A stretch of DNA of 63,861 nucleotides, counting the filler, from Hyphochytrium catenoides (lineage: Eukaryota > Protista > Hyphochytriomycota): assembly GCA_900088475.1 (NCBI GenBank). It is 8 parts of 8 records of this genome, joined end to end, with 100 filler letters (N's around TTAATTAATTAA, not from the genome) between each part and the next. Parts side by side here need not be neighbours in the genome. Positions count along the whole stretch, not along the records: positions 42,749 to 52,380 come from FLMG01003133.1; positions 52,481 to 56,103 come from FLMG01003429.1; positions 56,204 to 62,581 come from FLMG01001825.1; 5 more parts are not named here. One strand, written 5' to 3'. The notes under the pieces are model-generated. The model was not told where the DNA came from, did no database searches, and was given only the letters and a program-made list of their open reading frames with translations. The stretch's first letter is position 1, and each line of letters opens with the position of its first letter. Positions 49,716-62,681 of this stretch are shown piece after piece. The translations under genes and the position numbers were made by a program.

Positions 49716-52380
49716 TCATAGGCCGAGTGCGCTCTTTCTTATCGCTCCCACAGATTGCTTTCTCAGCTTTCGCTCCAATGGCACTGGCGGCAGCCCTAAC
49801 CGCTTCCCAATGCGATCCCAATAGTCATACTGTCTGGGGCCTAGAGTCTAGGAAAAGAGGGAGGGAGAAGAGAGAGAAACATTCGGAGGAGGAGGACAAA
49901 GGTCAATGCGGTAAGCGAAGTCCAGCTCAACCAATCAGGCAACCGTGACGTACCATTCGGTCTTTCTCGAGCTCCACATAGCCATCTTGCACTTCATTCT
50001 CCTCTTTCTCCATTTCTTCCTGCACATCGTAAAGGAAAGAGAGAGAGATGTGGAGCAGGCAAGGCAGAGAGAAATGAGAGGTGCAATAACTGAGGGATGA
50101 GGGACGCGGACAATGACTGAGCCGACAGCGTAAGAGGGGAGTACTCGTACACCGCCGGAGACGTGTGAAAGTAGAGCTACGTTAAAAAAGCGGCGACATG
50201 GGAAGCTTTTATCCTCCTTACCCGAGATGGCAGAGGGATCTGCCCTGAGTAGATCTTAGCAATCCACTGTGCCTGCAGTTCAAAAAGAGGAAACGGATCC
50301 ACCTTGAGCGGCAGGCCAATGAAGGCAAGAGTGGGATCTTCTCTATAGAAGACATAGTCATATAAATGTGCTACGCCTTTTCCCTCCTCTCCGACAAGAC
50401 GTCGTTGGAGCTCTGAGTCTGAGAGAAAGGGGAAGTCATAAAGATAACCTGTAGCCAGGACGATAGCGTCGACGTCTACTTCTTATGTTGGGAAAGAGAG
50501 ACAATGTGGTCAGAATCTATAGGGAGGCCCGTGCCAATAAGAAGAGAGGGAGAGAATGAACAGCGAGATCTCGACAACAATGGAATGCAGAGCAGGAAGA
50601 GTGAGAGGTTGACGAACAAAAGAGAGTGGGAGCAATGAATAGCACGACCAACAGAAAAGAGAGAACGACAACGAGAGAGAGAGAGAGAGAGAGAGTGACA
50701 CTCCAAGTAAGAACGATCCAGACGAACTATATAGGAAGAAGCAAGGCCTTCTCACCTTCAGTGCCATCTTCAAAGGTCACCTTCCGTCCTTTCACATCTG
50801 CGATCGCAGGTCTCTTCATCACTCGTGCTCTTTCTGTTGCTCTCTCTTTTGAGGTCAGACCCAAACTGTCGACACTCTCTCCTATGTCACCCATTGAGTT
50901 GGGATCCTTGAGAGAAATAACCGTGCGCCTTGCCTCTCCACATAGTTCTCGAGAAATGTCCACCCCAGATGACCCTCCGCCCACAACTATAACAGACTAA
51001 CGGGGAAGAAAGAGGTACGAGTGGTGAGATGCAGGCCCAAAAAAGAGAGAGAAAGAGTGTAAGAGCAAGAGCCTCAGAGATGAGAAACAACTACGACTGG
51101 CAGAGAAAGAAAGAAAGGAGGAGATAGGAAGAAATGCTAAGGTACGACGCGAGAGGAGATGGGAAACATAACGGACGAAATGATTGAGAAGAGCACAGAG
51201 AGGAGAGAGGATCGTGCGAGACAGAGTGAAGGTGCGCTCACTTGATCGCGGAAGGGTTTAGGGCTCCGATAGTGATTGACATGAAGGACGCGGCCTGAGA
51301 AGGAGGAAAACCAGCAGAAACAGAGGATATGCGAAGGGTCAGTTAAGGAGAGAGATTTTCTCTGTCTCGCTCTCTCCACAGATGAGCAGGGCGCGAGGCT
51401 AGACGCGCGCATGTCGAGGAAAGGCGAGAGGCGAAGAAGAGTCCACATGAAAGAGACGGCACCCCCTGATATAGAGAGAGAGCAGGCGATAGAGACAGGC
51501 AGAGAGAAAGAGAGAGAGAGAGAGAGNNNNNNNNNNNNNNNNNNNNNNNNNNNNNNNNNNNNNNNNNNNNNNNNNNNNNNNNAAAGAGAGAGAGAGAGAG
51601 AGAAAGAGAGGGGGAGAGAGGGAAGAGAGAGAGAGAGAGAATAAGAGAATGTGTGCCCAAAACCTGGGAAGGAGTCCAGGCCCGGAATGTGTGGAATGTA
51701 TGGCTTATAATAGTGGCCGTTGCACACCACCACGGCGTCAAACCGCTCCGTCACTTCCTTTGCCACAGAAGAGAGACGTCCAAGTCAGAGTAAGAAAGAA
51801 TAAGAGAGAGAGAGGGAGAGCAAGGGGTAGCACCTCTTTTAGGGAGAGGAGAGATAGCAAAGAAGAAGAGGTAAAGAGAGCGAAGGAGCGAGAGACCGAG
51901 AGAGACTTTGGAGAAAAGAGAGAGGGAACGAGAGAGAGAACGAGAGAAAAAAGAAAGAGGAGTGCGAGAAGCTGGACAGAGAGAGACACAGGAAGAGAGA
52001 TAGAGAGAGGGAAGAGACCGACGAGGGGCAGAAAGGAGAGAGAGAAGAAGAGGAGAACAGAGAGGTAGAGACAAACGAACAGAGGGAGCGAGAGAAGAAA
52101 TAGAGAGAGAAAGCATTAAAAAAAAGAGACACGAAGAAAGTGCTCCAATGGAGAGAGACAAGAAAAGAAGCTTTAAGTCAGGACTTTCTTACCTTTTCTC
52201 CGCAGAGAACCCGGACCAGCCATCTTCCTCTCCTTTTCTCTTCCTCTTCTTCCCTCTCTCCGTCTTCTCTCTCTCTCCCTCCAAGTCTCTTCACCTCTAC
52301 CACTGTGCATCCAAACCTGATCATCTCCTCTAATCTAAAGGCCTTGGCGTACGCCTCCAGGTAGCGCAGAACCTCGTGAT
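49716..52380 (-). CDS. Flavin-containing monooxygenase (5'-truncated by contig end)
   Basis: FDAVVVCNGHY, FPG|RVLHVNHYR (FxGxxxHxxxY), VVGGGSSGVDI, DAIVLATGYLYDFPFL and LAFIGLP..PFPLFELQAQWIA. Confidence 0.9.
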
Positions 52381-52480
52381 NNNNNNNNNNNNNNNNNNNN
52401 NNNNNNNNNNNNNNNNNNNNNNNNTTAATTAATTAANNNNNNNNNNNNNNNNNNNNNNNNNNNNNNNNNNNNNNNNNNNN
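52381..52480. other. Artificial contig-joining spacer
   Basis: N44-TTAATTAATTAA-N44. Confidence 0.97.
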
Positions 52481-52953
52481 GAAGAGTCCAATGGGTGTGC
52501 CGAGAGTCCTTCCTCTCTCTGTGCCGGAGAGGATGGTGACCTGATCCTTCTCATCTCTCGGAGTGGTCAACTTGCTCTGTCCTGGACGCCGGCGAGTCAG
52601 CTGGGGTTGAATGTCTCCCTCTGTGAGTTCTAGGTTAGGAGGACAGCCATCCACGATGGCGCCGACTCCCTTGCAGTGAGACTCCCCAAAGCTACATCAT
52701 AGGGAATAACACAATGAAGGGACAAAGATTAGCCAGACAAAGAGTGAGGCCGACGCAGAAGTTGAAAGGGAGGGCTTAAAGCCCGAGGGAGAAGTACAGA
52801 GTTATCAAGGATCATCCATCCAAACAAGAGAGCGAGATAGGTAGAGTCCACGTCAAGCATGATTCGCCCGCCTATAAGTCAAGAAAGCTTCGGCATCTAG
52901 CTCAAGGGAGCGACCTACGTGGTGACGCGAAAGACGTGTCCGAACGTGCTCAT
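52481..52953 (-). CDS. ARO2: Chorismate synthase, 5' part (2 exons, truncated by contig end)
   Basis: [11 protein letters not shown]|..[39 protein letters not shown]...TLGTPIGL. Confidence 0.93.
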
Positions 52954-53568
52954 GGTGCAGACAGCAGGAATATAAAGCTTTCAAAAGGAGAGGCTACTCT
53001 CTGGCGCAGGGATGTTGATGATATTAGAGTAGACGGCGGAAGAGTGTGTGAGAGAGAAGAGAAACAGTGTGAACTAAACTCTCCTTCTCGCGCGCCTAGA
53101 CTCGCTATCGCGCGCAAAGACAGGGGCAGGGCGAAGCAGCAGAAGCAGCAGCAGCAGCGGTAGCGACAGCAGCAGCAGCGGCGGTCGCAAGAAGCTGCTG
53201 ATGGCACTGGAAGGTCCGATTGAGAGTGCGAAGAGGCCTGGAGTTGTGACGATAAGAAGCGTTTTTGTTGAAGCGGCGAGAGGCGAGACAGCAGAGGTCT
53301 AGAAAGAGACCGAAAGAGAGAAAGGGATTCTTAGAGATTTAGAGTAATCTGTGAGAGACAGAGTAGCGAAGAGACAGGAAGGAAGTAATGGCTTTTGATA
53401 GAGAAAGCTTGAGCTCTTCTTTTCAGAGATTTAATCTAGTCTGTGATGGTAACTGATCGCTAGTAATCATAACCAGATGTGTTCTCATTATTGTGCGACG
53501 AGGAGAAAGAAAGAGAGAGAGAGAGGAGAGAGAGAGAGGAGAGACGGAGACAGACAGAGAAAGAAAGA

Positions 53569-53600
<32 letters not shown>

Positions 53601-54543
53601 TAGAAAGAGAGAGAGAGAGAAGAGAAAGAGGGAAAGAGAGAGAGAGCGCGCGGGAGAGAGAAGGAAAGAGAGAGAGAGAGAGAGAATGAGAGCGCGAGAG
53701 AGTGAGAGAAAGAGAGTGAGAGAGAAAGAGAGTTGATGATGACTACGAAGCGAAGTAACCTTGTAGTTCTGAGGCCTTTTCCCTTTCTTCATTTTTTCCT
53801 CTTTCATCCTATCCCTCTCATCTTCATTTTAATCCTTCCCACTCTGTTCCGCTCTTATTCTCTCTTCCCTTTCTCGTCTCTCTCCTCTTCCGTGTAAGAA
53901 GAGAAAAGGTAGGAGAGACGGAGAGGAAAACAGCTGAGAAGAACACGATGATGCATGCTCACCAGATAAATTCTATTATTTGTTAGCAATTGTTTGTGAC
54001 ACTGGGGAGAGTGATGATTCTTACTTGGACGAAGAAGCAGCAGCGACGGACGCGCGTCCGGTGGTGAAGCACCGACGATTCTCTCGCTGTAGGATAGCCC
54101 AGAGTCTATGGAGCAGTCAGTGAGCTAGTCCTCCGCTCGGCGGTTAGCTCTAGCAAACAGATAGATAGTTATCTGGGAAGACAGGATGGCGGTGGTGAGC
54201 GGAAGAAGAAAGAAGAATGGCTCATCTATCATCAGTGCTGGTTTCCATGGCTTATGTCCCTGTGTCGCGTCTGAGAAGCACACGTTATCGTTTATTTTAT
54301 TGAAAAAGGAAGTTACTATTCATCATCTTCCTGTCTCTCCTTCGCACCCTATTCTGGCTCTCAACAACCTGCTGCTGTGGCCGCCTCTCTACGCTCTACT
54401 ACGCTTGTGTTCATCGGCAGACCCTTGCTAGAGAAAGGTATCCCAAGTCACTGCGTAGAACGCACCCCCCAATGTTTGGGCCGTCCATCACTTGACTAGC
54501 CCATGCTTCAACCTTCGTTGTCCCTATAACGTGAACGATGATT

Positions 54544-55158
54544 CTAACATTTCTGCCAAGAGAAGTTGTACTTGGTAGCGAATGAGCCATCAGTGGAGTC
54601 CACAGCCATGTAACTGGTGCTCTGAGGACTGGACGTGCCCTTCTTCACGCGCAGCTCAGTGTTGATGTTAAACAGGCGTTTCTCCTTGCATGGGGCGTAG
54701 ATAGCGACACCTGCCTTGTCAGTCACTTGCCAGTTGTCCTCCATGGGGCCCTTGAAGGTCTTAGAGCTCGGAGTGGTCAGAGAGTTGCCCTGGAAGTAGT
54801 ACGAAGCCTGGTGTAAGCCTGTGGCGCCAGCTGCGAGGGAGGCAAACCCTCGGTAGTCAGCGCTGGCAATGGCGAATGTGAATCCGCTTGGGACATTTAC
54901 ACGGAGGTTCAACTGGCAGTTCTTCCTTCCGTCGGTGGGCTTCGTGCCATATCCTGCCGAGGCGAGGTAGGAGCTATAGGTGACGGTGAAAGCCGTGTTG
55001 TCAGGAGCGACGGCCACGGCAGCAGAGCCAGGAGGGCAACCAGAGCCGTTCAGAGTGACGACATCAATGGTGATCTTGTCCTTTGGGGGAGGGACAGCCT
55101 GAGCGCTTCCAAGAAGAGCCGCAGCGGCGAGGAGAAGACCGGTGAGAGAGAACTTCAT
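54544..55158 (-). CDS. Secreted DUF4360-family protein, intronless, 204 aa
   Basis: Signal peptide MKFSLTGLLLAAAALLGSAQA, NGSGCP, RKNCQLNL.V.VP.GF, DYRGFA, YYFQG, NINTELRV, DSTDG and a terminal W.KC. Confidence 0.88.
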   Translation of the reverse strand: MKFSLTGLLLAAAALLGSAQAVPPPKDKITIDVVTLNGSGCPPGSAAVAVAPDNTAFTVTYSSYLASAGYGTKPTDGRKNCQLNLRVNVPSGFTFAIASADYRGFASLAAGATGLHQASYYFQGNSLTTPSSKTFKGPMEDNWQVTDKAGVAIYAPCKEKRLFNINTELRVKKGTSSPQSTSYMAVDSTDGSFATKYNFSWQKC

Positions 55159-56103
55159 GGTTTGTCTAGCACGTTTGCTGTGAAAGGGCTTCTGGTGAGT
55201 TTGGTTCTGGGTCTCAGGATGCAAGGAAGATTGGTAATGAGGTTCCCTCGGTGGCGGGCAACTCAATCAACTTTTGAGAGAATAAGGGACCAGGAACAAG
55301 TGAATTGAAAGGAGGAGGAAGTAGAAGGAAGTGAAGGTCGTGCTGTAGACGATAGAGAGATAAGGAGAAGCAAGGGCGGAGAAGAGGAGCTCTCACAAGG
55401 TGGTAGGCAGTTGATGCGGTGGTGCCCTGCACTAGCGACCGACGAATGGATGATAGGAACCTTGACAAGTTGTTGTCCCAAACGTCAAGATTCCATCGTC
55501 TTCTATCCTCCTTTCCTTCTGGTCGTGTCCCTAAAGATTCTGTCGGGTCTAGGATGGACGGCTGCTGGTGATGCTGTCGATGTACGGCAGACCAAAGAAG
55601 AGACCAGGAGGCAGAAGGAGAAAGAGAACAGGACCGAGGGAGATAAGAGCCGTTGAATGATGGGCCGCCACGCGATAGGATGCAGCACAGCCAGTGGATG
55701 TTGTAGCATTGTCAAGACAACACCCACACCGTCAGACCTTTCAGACCTTGAGGAGAAGAAGTGAACGAGAAGATCGAGTAGCGAGAAAGCAGCAGGTGGA
55801 AGACACAGGGCGTCACCGCTTTAGAGAACAAGGCCGAGTGATGATAGAGCAAAAACCAGAAAGAGGAAAGGTTAGAAGTGACAACTTATAATAGATGATG
55901 TGCGCTAGCAGCAGCAGGAAGAAGTTCAGTCCCGTTGCGTCGTTTTGGTCCTTTTACTACTTGGTTGCCCGCTAGCGCAGTGGAAGCGGCGGCTGGGTAG
56001 TACTATCTTCTCTCTTTGTCTCCTCCTCCTCCATCTTGCCTGACACTCTCAATCTTGCTGCTACCCTGCCTTTGATCCAACGCAACCTTGTCAGGACATT
56101 ACA

Positions 56104-56203
56104 NNNNNNNNNNNNNNNNNNNNNNNNNNNNNNNNNNNNNNNNNNNNTTAATTAATTAANNNNNNNNNNNNNNNNNNNNNNNNNNNNNNNNNNNNNNNNN
56201 NNN
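56104..56203. other. Artificial contig-joining spacer
   Basis: N44-TTAATTAATTAA-N44. Confidence 0.97.
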
Positions 56204-56917
56204 GAGAGAGAGAGAGAAGGGGAGGGCCAGGGAGAAAGAGAAGTGTGAGAGGATTGACCCAGGTAGGTGAAAGGCAAACTGTTGTTGAAGGACGTTGACG
56301 GGGACAGAGAGGGGAAAAGAGAGAGAGAAACGGGTAGGGAGGAAGAGAGAAGAAAGGAGAAAGAGAGAGAGAGAATGTGAGAGAGAGAGAGAGCTGCTGG
56401 ATCACGGAAGCAAGAGGAGGCAGGAAGAGACACAGCTAACGGGAGAGGCGCGCCCTTACTGGTGTCATACTGATGGAAGGAGCGGAGGTACTTTTGATAC
56501 TCTTCCTGGTTGAAAGTTTCCTCCTCAGAGTGCGTCTCTGCCTTCTTTCCCTCTTCTTTGCCACCGTCCTCCATCTCTCTTCTCCCTCTTCTCCCTGCTG
56601 CGTGCCACTCTTGTCCTGTTGTCTCCACCTCCTCCCTCGCCTACTAACTGTTCTCTCTCTCTGCTTCGTCTCTTTTTCTCTCTCTCTCTCTTCTCGCTCT
56701 CTCTTTCTCTCTTGTTTCTTCCCTTCAGGCGCGACTCTCTTTTCAATCGGAGGCTTGTGCTATCTGTCGGCTAGAGAGAAAGAAGAGCAGTGCCATCATC
56801 CAAACGGGACAAATCGTGCCAATGAAAGGAGAGAGAGAGAAGAGAGAGAGAAGAGGGAGAGGGGAGCCGAGAGCGAGAGAGAGAGAGAGGGACAAGGGAA
56901 CAGAGAGACCCGTAAGT

Positions 56918-56948
<31 letters not shown>

Positions 56949-57746
56949 GAGACAGAGAGAGACAGAGAATGAGAGACACTGATGAGAGAGATCCGCTCAG
57001 CAGCAGGAGAATCAGAAGTTTTTGCAACCCAAAATCCACACCAAGGACGAACCATGTCCTTTAGATCGGCGAAGGATAAGGTAAGAACCAAGGCCCAAAG
57101 GAAGTAGCTTCTAGTAATGATATCATAGTGAAAGGGCCGTTACCGGCTAGGACGGAATAGCTTTGGGTATGGTGATGTGACCGATACAGCCCCCAACATG
57201 TGGAATGTTAGAGAGACAGAGAGAGACAGAGAGAGAGAGGGAGAGAGACAGAGAGAGAGAGAGAGGAGAGAGATATGGAAGGACATAAGAGAGAGAGAGA
57301 GGTGGAGAAAATGAATGAGACAGAGAGGGGAAAGCATAGAGAAGGAAGGACAGAGTAGACTAGGATGACAAAGAAGAGAGAGAGAGAAGTAGGAGAGAGA
57401 GAGAAGAAGTAGGAGAGAGAGAGAAGAAGTAGGAGAGAGAAGAGAGAGGGCCAACGAGCGATGCAGAGGAGAAGATAGAGAGTGACGGCCACAAGGCAAG
57501 CGGCAGCAGCTGAAGGAAGATTGGGATGAGAAAAGGCAAGGGCGATCTCTGTGTATGGCTGGCGCTTCTCATGTTAGCATCACATAGAAAGGTTTGAGAG
57601 AGCCAAGAGAAACCAAGAGAGAGAGAGAGAAGGGTTCTCCGCCTAAAACCTTACTTGCTGCTCTACGTCTCTCCTTCTTTCTTTCTTTCTATCTCTTTCC
57701 TTTCTCTCTCGCCCTTCTACGGCTCTCTCCTCCGTCTTGATCCCTC

Positions 57747-58030
57747 TCAATTTTCTTTTTCTATTTCTGCGTGCTTCTCGTTCTGGTCCTGTGAGCTAAC
57801 GTCACAGATAATCTTAGGCGTGGGAGCCTTTGTCACGCGGAACTCTTTGTGATGGCAGACTGCGGGCGTAGAAAAGACCATTGTATAATGGCAGGTGCGG
57901 TCCTGACATGGGGGAGAGAGAGAAAAAGAAGGAAAGAAGAAGATTAATGAAAAAGAGAGACAGACAGAGAGGGAAGAGAGAGAGAGAGGCAGAGAGAGAG
58001 AGAGAGAGATTACAGGAGGCAGAGAGAGTG

Positions 58031-58073
<43 letters not shown>

Positions 58074-59113
58074 AGGATAGCGGAAGTAGGTTAGAGTAGA
58101 AGAGGAGAAAAGCTGAAGAAATCAAGGACATAAGTGAGAATCCCAGGAGACGGTAGAACACTTCTGTTGCTTCCCCATCGCTTCAACTCTGTTCCCTCTC
58201 GTTTGTCCTGCCTTTGGGCTGTCGGAAGCTCTTTCTCCCTCTCTTTCTCTCTCTCTCTCCCTTCAACTCTCTTCTTCCGTCCCATCTTTCCTCTCACCTC
58301 TTCAACTGTTAGGATGTTGTTGGCCTTGCCGCAGATAATCTTTACAGTGATGCTCCGCGGGCCCTGGCTTTCCTCACAGAATGTGCCATCGGTATACTCC
58401 TGGTACCGCAGGGGTCAGAGGAGAGAAGAGATCATAACGTAAGAGAGGCAGGAAAAGAAGAGAAAAGAAAGCACAGAAAATGTATAATAGGAAAACCAAA
58501 AGAGAGAGAAAGAGAAAGAGCGACGAGCGAGACGCGGTAAGGGAAGGGAGAGAGTAAGGCCAGAAATTGCTGAGCTGCGGTTAGAAAAGACTGAACGGCC
58601 AAGAATAGGCAAAGAGTGGGGAGAGCAAGAGAGAAGAGAAAGAGAGAATGGTTGAGACATGGAGAGAGAGAGTAATCAAGAGAGAGACGGAGAGAGAGAG
58701 AGAATGACAGGGGAGCTGCAAGAGAGGAAAGGATATCTTCTTTCAACAAGAGCTCACCAGGTCAAAGGAGGTTCCTGTCTGGAACCTTTCATCATGATGA
58801 CCTTCCTCTCCCTTCTTCTTGATCAAAGTCTCTTCTGGACCTAAAGTGTGAAGCGCCTCAGGCTTTAGGATTCCAAGCTTGTAATCCGCCTGCAACGAGA
58901 AGATAGAGAGAAAGAAGAAAAGAGGAATAGGACCAAAGAGAAGGACCGAGAAGACAAAACGAGGTGAGAAAGAGGTGTGTGTGTGTGAGAGAGAGAGAGA
59001 AGCACGGTAGAAGGGCCACGGACACGGCACTTAGGCAACGATTTTGCCCGTAATCGACTGTGATAATCTACGGCGACACTAATTTCGGAAAGAGATGGTA
59101 ACAGAGACCAGGT

Positions 59114-59148
<35 letters not shown>

Positions 59149-59478
59149 CTAATGGTAACCAGAAAGGAAGAGAAGGAGTTTAAGTAAGGGTCTGGCCTAC
59201 CGTGATGAGAGCGACACTGGATCCATCTGTCATCTCTGTCATCTCTTCTCTGTACTGCCGCACATGGCGAAGCATGCAGAACTCGTAGGTCCACCAGCCC
59301 TCAGCCCTGCATGAGTGTCAACAAAATCGGAAGAAAAGAGAGGGAGAGAGAAGAGACCGCATAGAAAGCGACAAGTAACGTTATCACTGGTTGTTGTGGA
59401 GCTTAAGCTTCATGGTAGATAGGGCTTTCAGTTCTGTATCTCTCTCTCTATTCATATGTAGTCTCTCTCTCTCTCTCC

Positions 59479-59517
<39 letters not shown>

Positions 59518-59559
59518 TGCTTTCTTTCTTTCTGCCTCCTTGTCTCTCTGTCTCTTTTC

Positions 59560-59593
<34 letters not shown>

Positions 59594-62106
59594 GGCTGTA
59601 GGTGTATGGTTTTTCAAGATCCATTAGCGTCTCTGGTCGTAGGTTTCACCTTATAAAGCAACTCTCTGAGAGAGGCTTCAGCAGAGAGAGCACAGAGGCG
59701 TTGGGGTCCCAAACCTCAGTCTCCGGATCGATGCAGAGCGCAGGAGAGCAAATGCTGGCGATGTATCTATCGGAAAGGTCAGCGAGGGACGGGACGGAGC
59801 CAAGACAAAGGAAGAGAAGAGAAGAGAGAGAGAGAGAAACAAAATAAAGAAAGAGACAAAGAGAGAGAGAGAGAGTGTGTGTGAGTGAGAGAGAGAGAGT
59901 GAGAGAGAGACAGAACGAAAGAAAATGTTAGTGGCAAAATAACGAGGGAAGTGGGCCAATGTTGAAAGAGCTCGCTAAAGGAAAAGAGAAAGGAGAGGAT
60001 GGGACCTTCGAAAAAAGAGAGAGTCACTGTCAAGCCTTTGACCGCGGTTAAGGAGCAGAGAGGATACAGAATGACACCGAAAGAGAGAGAGAGAGAGAGA
60101 GAGAGATGAGCTGGAAGACAGGACCAAACTCACGACACAGAAAGGGATTGAGACACGCTGGGAGGAGCAAGGTATTTGACGGACAAAAAGAAAGAGAGGC
60201 AACGTCTTGAACACTTAGAAGAGAAAGAACATGGCGATGGCCAATAGCTTCAGCAGCGTCCCTAATAGATAAGGAAAAAGTAAATGGGAGAGAGAGAGAA
60301 ACAGACAAGAGGACAACCGCGAGGAGGGAGAGCGAATGACGTCGAGGAAGCACAAGGTTCTTACGAGCAGGTGTTCGGCTCCTCGATAGAAACAAAGAGA
60401 ACTTCTACGTCTGAGGCTGACGACGAGGAAGAGAGAGAGTTCTTTCTCAATGTCGCGCTCATCCCCTGAGGGTCACAACAGTAGAAACGGGCTTCGGTGG
60501 CTCTACCCGATCCCGTCTCGTCACAGTGCTGCCCGCCCTAAAGAGGTTGAGGAGGAGAGAAACACAAAGAAGAGAAGAAGATAAGGAAGGAGAGAGAAAG
60601 AAAGAAAGGACCCCGCGCGCGAGAGAGAGAGGGTGAGAGAGAAAGAGACTTAGAGAATGTAGAAGTGCGGATAGCGCCAAAACGTGGGGAAATGAATCTC
60701 GGTGACCGAGAGACAGATGGCACGAGCCAAAAACTTGACGCTTGAGTACATGAGGGGAGAGACAGGAGAAGGAGGGGGGAGAGAGTTAAAGAAGGAAAAG
60801 AGACAGCGTGATGAAGTGATGCGGCCGCCCTGGCCTCGCTTCAAAAGGTCCCTCGGAGTTTTAAGAGATAGACAAAGAGAAAGAGAGAGACGAGAGGAAG
60901 AACGAGAGAGAAAAGAGGGCAAGCAGACAGAAGGACACGCACTCCATCCATTGTCTTTTTCTTTTCTGTGTCTCTCGCTTACCTCAAAGTACTGGGCGGG
61001 CACAGTGACCGTGGGCCTGCCTCCTGTTCCCTCTTCTTCTTCCTCCTCTTCGCTCTCTCCTTCGTCTTGATTCTCTCTCTTCGGCACTTCGATCTCTAGG
61101 AGAGAGCTCTCTTTGTAACTCCCGAGACTCCACTTTGTCTGGACCTCGCCTGTGACCTGATCCTGGTGGAACTGAATCACCGACTTTTCCGAGCACCACT
61201 NNNNNNNNNNNNNNNNNNNNNNNNNNNNNNNNNNNAGGGGAAGGAGGGAGGAAGGGAGAAGTGGTAGGGAGAGAAAGGGGAAGGGAGAGAAAGAGAGGGT
61301 GATGAGGAGGGAGGGAGCGAAAAAAGGCACCGAAAGAGAAAGAGACAGAGAGACCGAGAAGAGCGAAAACGGAAGAGAAGAGAAGGTACTACGGAGGGAG
61401 AAGCAAAGAGAAACGGAGCATCCGGACAAAAGACTAGAGAGAAATATCCGAAGGAGAGAAAGGGCTACATCGCTGTGATCAGGAGGTGAAAGGGAGAAAG
61501 GGGAGAGAAGGAGAAGAGAGAGACAGAGAGGCAAGAGAGAGGAAAAGTGCCATGGCCACGGTACATCGCCGAAGTGAAGAAAAGTCGCAAAGGGAGAGAG
61601 AATAAACGTTTGTGGGAGATAGGAGGCAAAAGTACGGGTAATAAGCGAGAGAGAGTAGAGAGAGCAAAAGAGAGAGAAAAGGAGAACACGAGAGGAAGAG
61701 AGAAAGAGAGAGAAAGAGAGTGATAATGAGAGAAAGAGAGGAAGATATCCAGTACGAGAGATGTGGAGAGGGGCTCCTACCATCCTGTCCTGATCCTAGC
61801 GCAGCGCCCAGCTAAGCGCTTCATTGCCCTCTCATAGCTATCTTTCCATGGATGCAGACGGACCTCTTCCTTCTCTGTTGCTTCTTTCCTCTCTTCTTTT
61901 CGTTCCACGTCTTCCTCGCCCTCCACTCTATTTTCTGGCACTTCTCTCTCTTCCTTTCTCTCTCTCTTCTCCACTTCCTGTTTCTCTCCTTTCACGCTTG
62001 ATGGGACAGTCACCACTCTCTCCGGGTCCAAGTTTCCTGAAGCGTCTACGGCTGGCATTTCGATGCGGCAGGTGACAGGGGAGCCATCCCTGTTGGAAAG
62101 AGAGAA

Positions 62107-62147
<41 letters not shown>

Positions 62148-62400
62148 GGAGAGACAAAGACAGAATCAGTGGCCCAATGTCAGTGACTGAAAGTAAAAAG
62201 AAACAGGGGAAGAAAAGGAGAGAGAGACAGAGACAGGCAGTGAGAGAGAAAAAGAGAGCAAAAGAGAGAGAGAGATAAAGAGAGTCCCACTGGACGACGA
62301 AGCAGCAAATAAAGTCGCATCGTCGAAGAGAACTATGTTTAGAGAGCCATGGACCGACGGAGATGTGAAGAGAAGATCAATTTAGGAAGTGAGACCTAAG
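57747..62400 (-). CDS. ER lectin with two MRH (PRKCSH-like) domains, OS-9/ERLEC1-like (multi-exon, 5' end uncertain)
   Basis: GRCARIRTGW..WCSEKSVIQFH..SLGSY, then a second GWWTYEFC..HVRQY, YQEYTDGTFCE..PRSITVKIIC and EDRTCHYTMVFSTPAVC. Confidence 0.75.
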
Positions 62401-62581
62401 CGGAAATAAGAGAGAAAGAACGAGAGAGTCAAAGAAAGGAGAGAGAGAGAGAGAAAAGAGAGAGAAAAAAAGAGCGCTAAAAGGTTGGAAAGATGAGATC
62501 TTCATCGCCGATCAGCTGTTAGAACTGTGGGCGAATACTCGCTGCTATGGAAAGAAAGAAAGAGAAAGAGAGAGAGAGAGA

Positions 62582-62681
62582 NNNNNNNNNNNNNNNNNNN
62601 NNNNNNNNNNNNNNNNNNNNNNNNNTTAATTAATTAANNNNNNNNNNNNNNNNNNNNNNNNNNNNNNNNNNNNNNNNNNNN
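62582..62681. other. Artificial contig-joining spacer
   Basis: N44-TTAATTAATTAA-N44. Confidence 0.97.

Noticed and set aside
56204-57600. Additional minus-strand multi-exon gene
   Set aside because: Exon-like islands exist, but I could not build a consistent frame or recognise a family.
4045-62278. Numerous (ER)n / (SL)n ORFs in the ORF track
   Set aside because: Translations of AG/CT microsatellites in introns and intergenic DNA.
3827-62681. Recurrent TTAATTAATTAA palindrome as a biological motif (e.g. piggyBac TTAA sites)
   Set aside because: Always centred in exactly 100 bp of N padding, so it is an assembly spacer.
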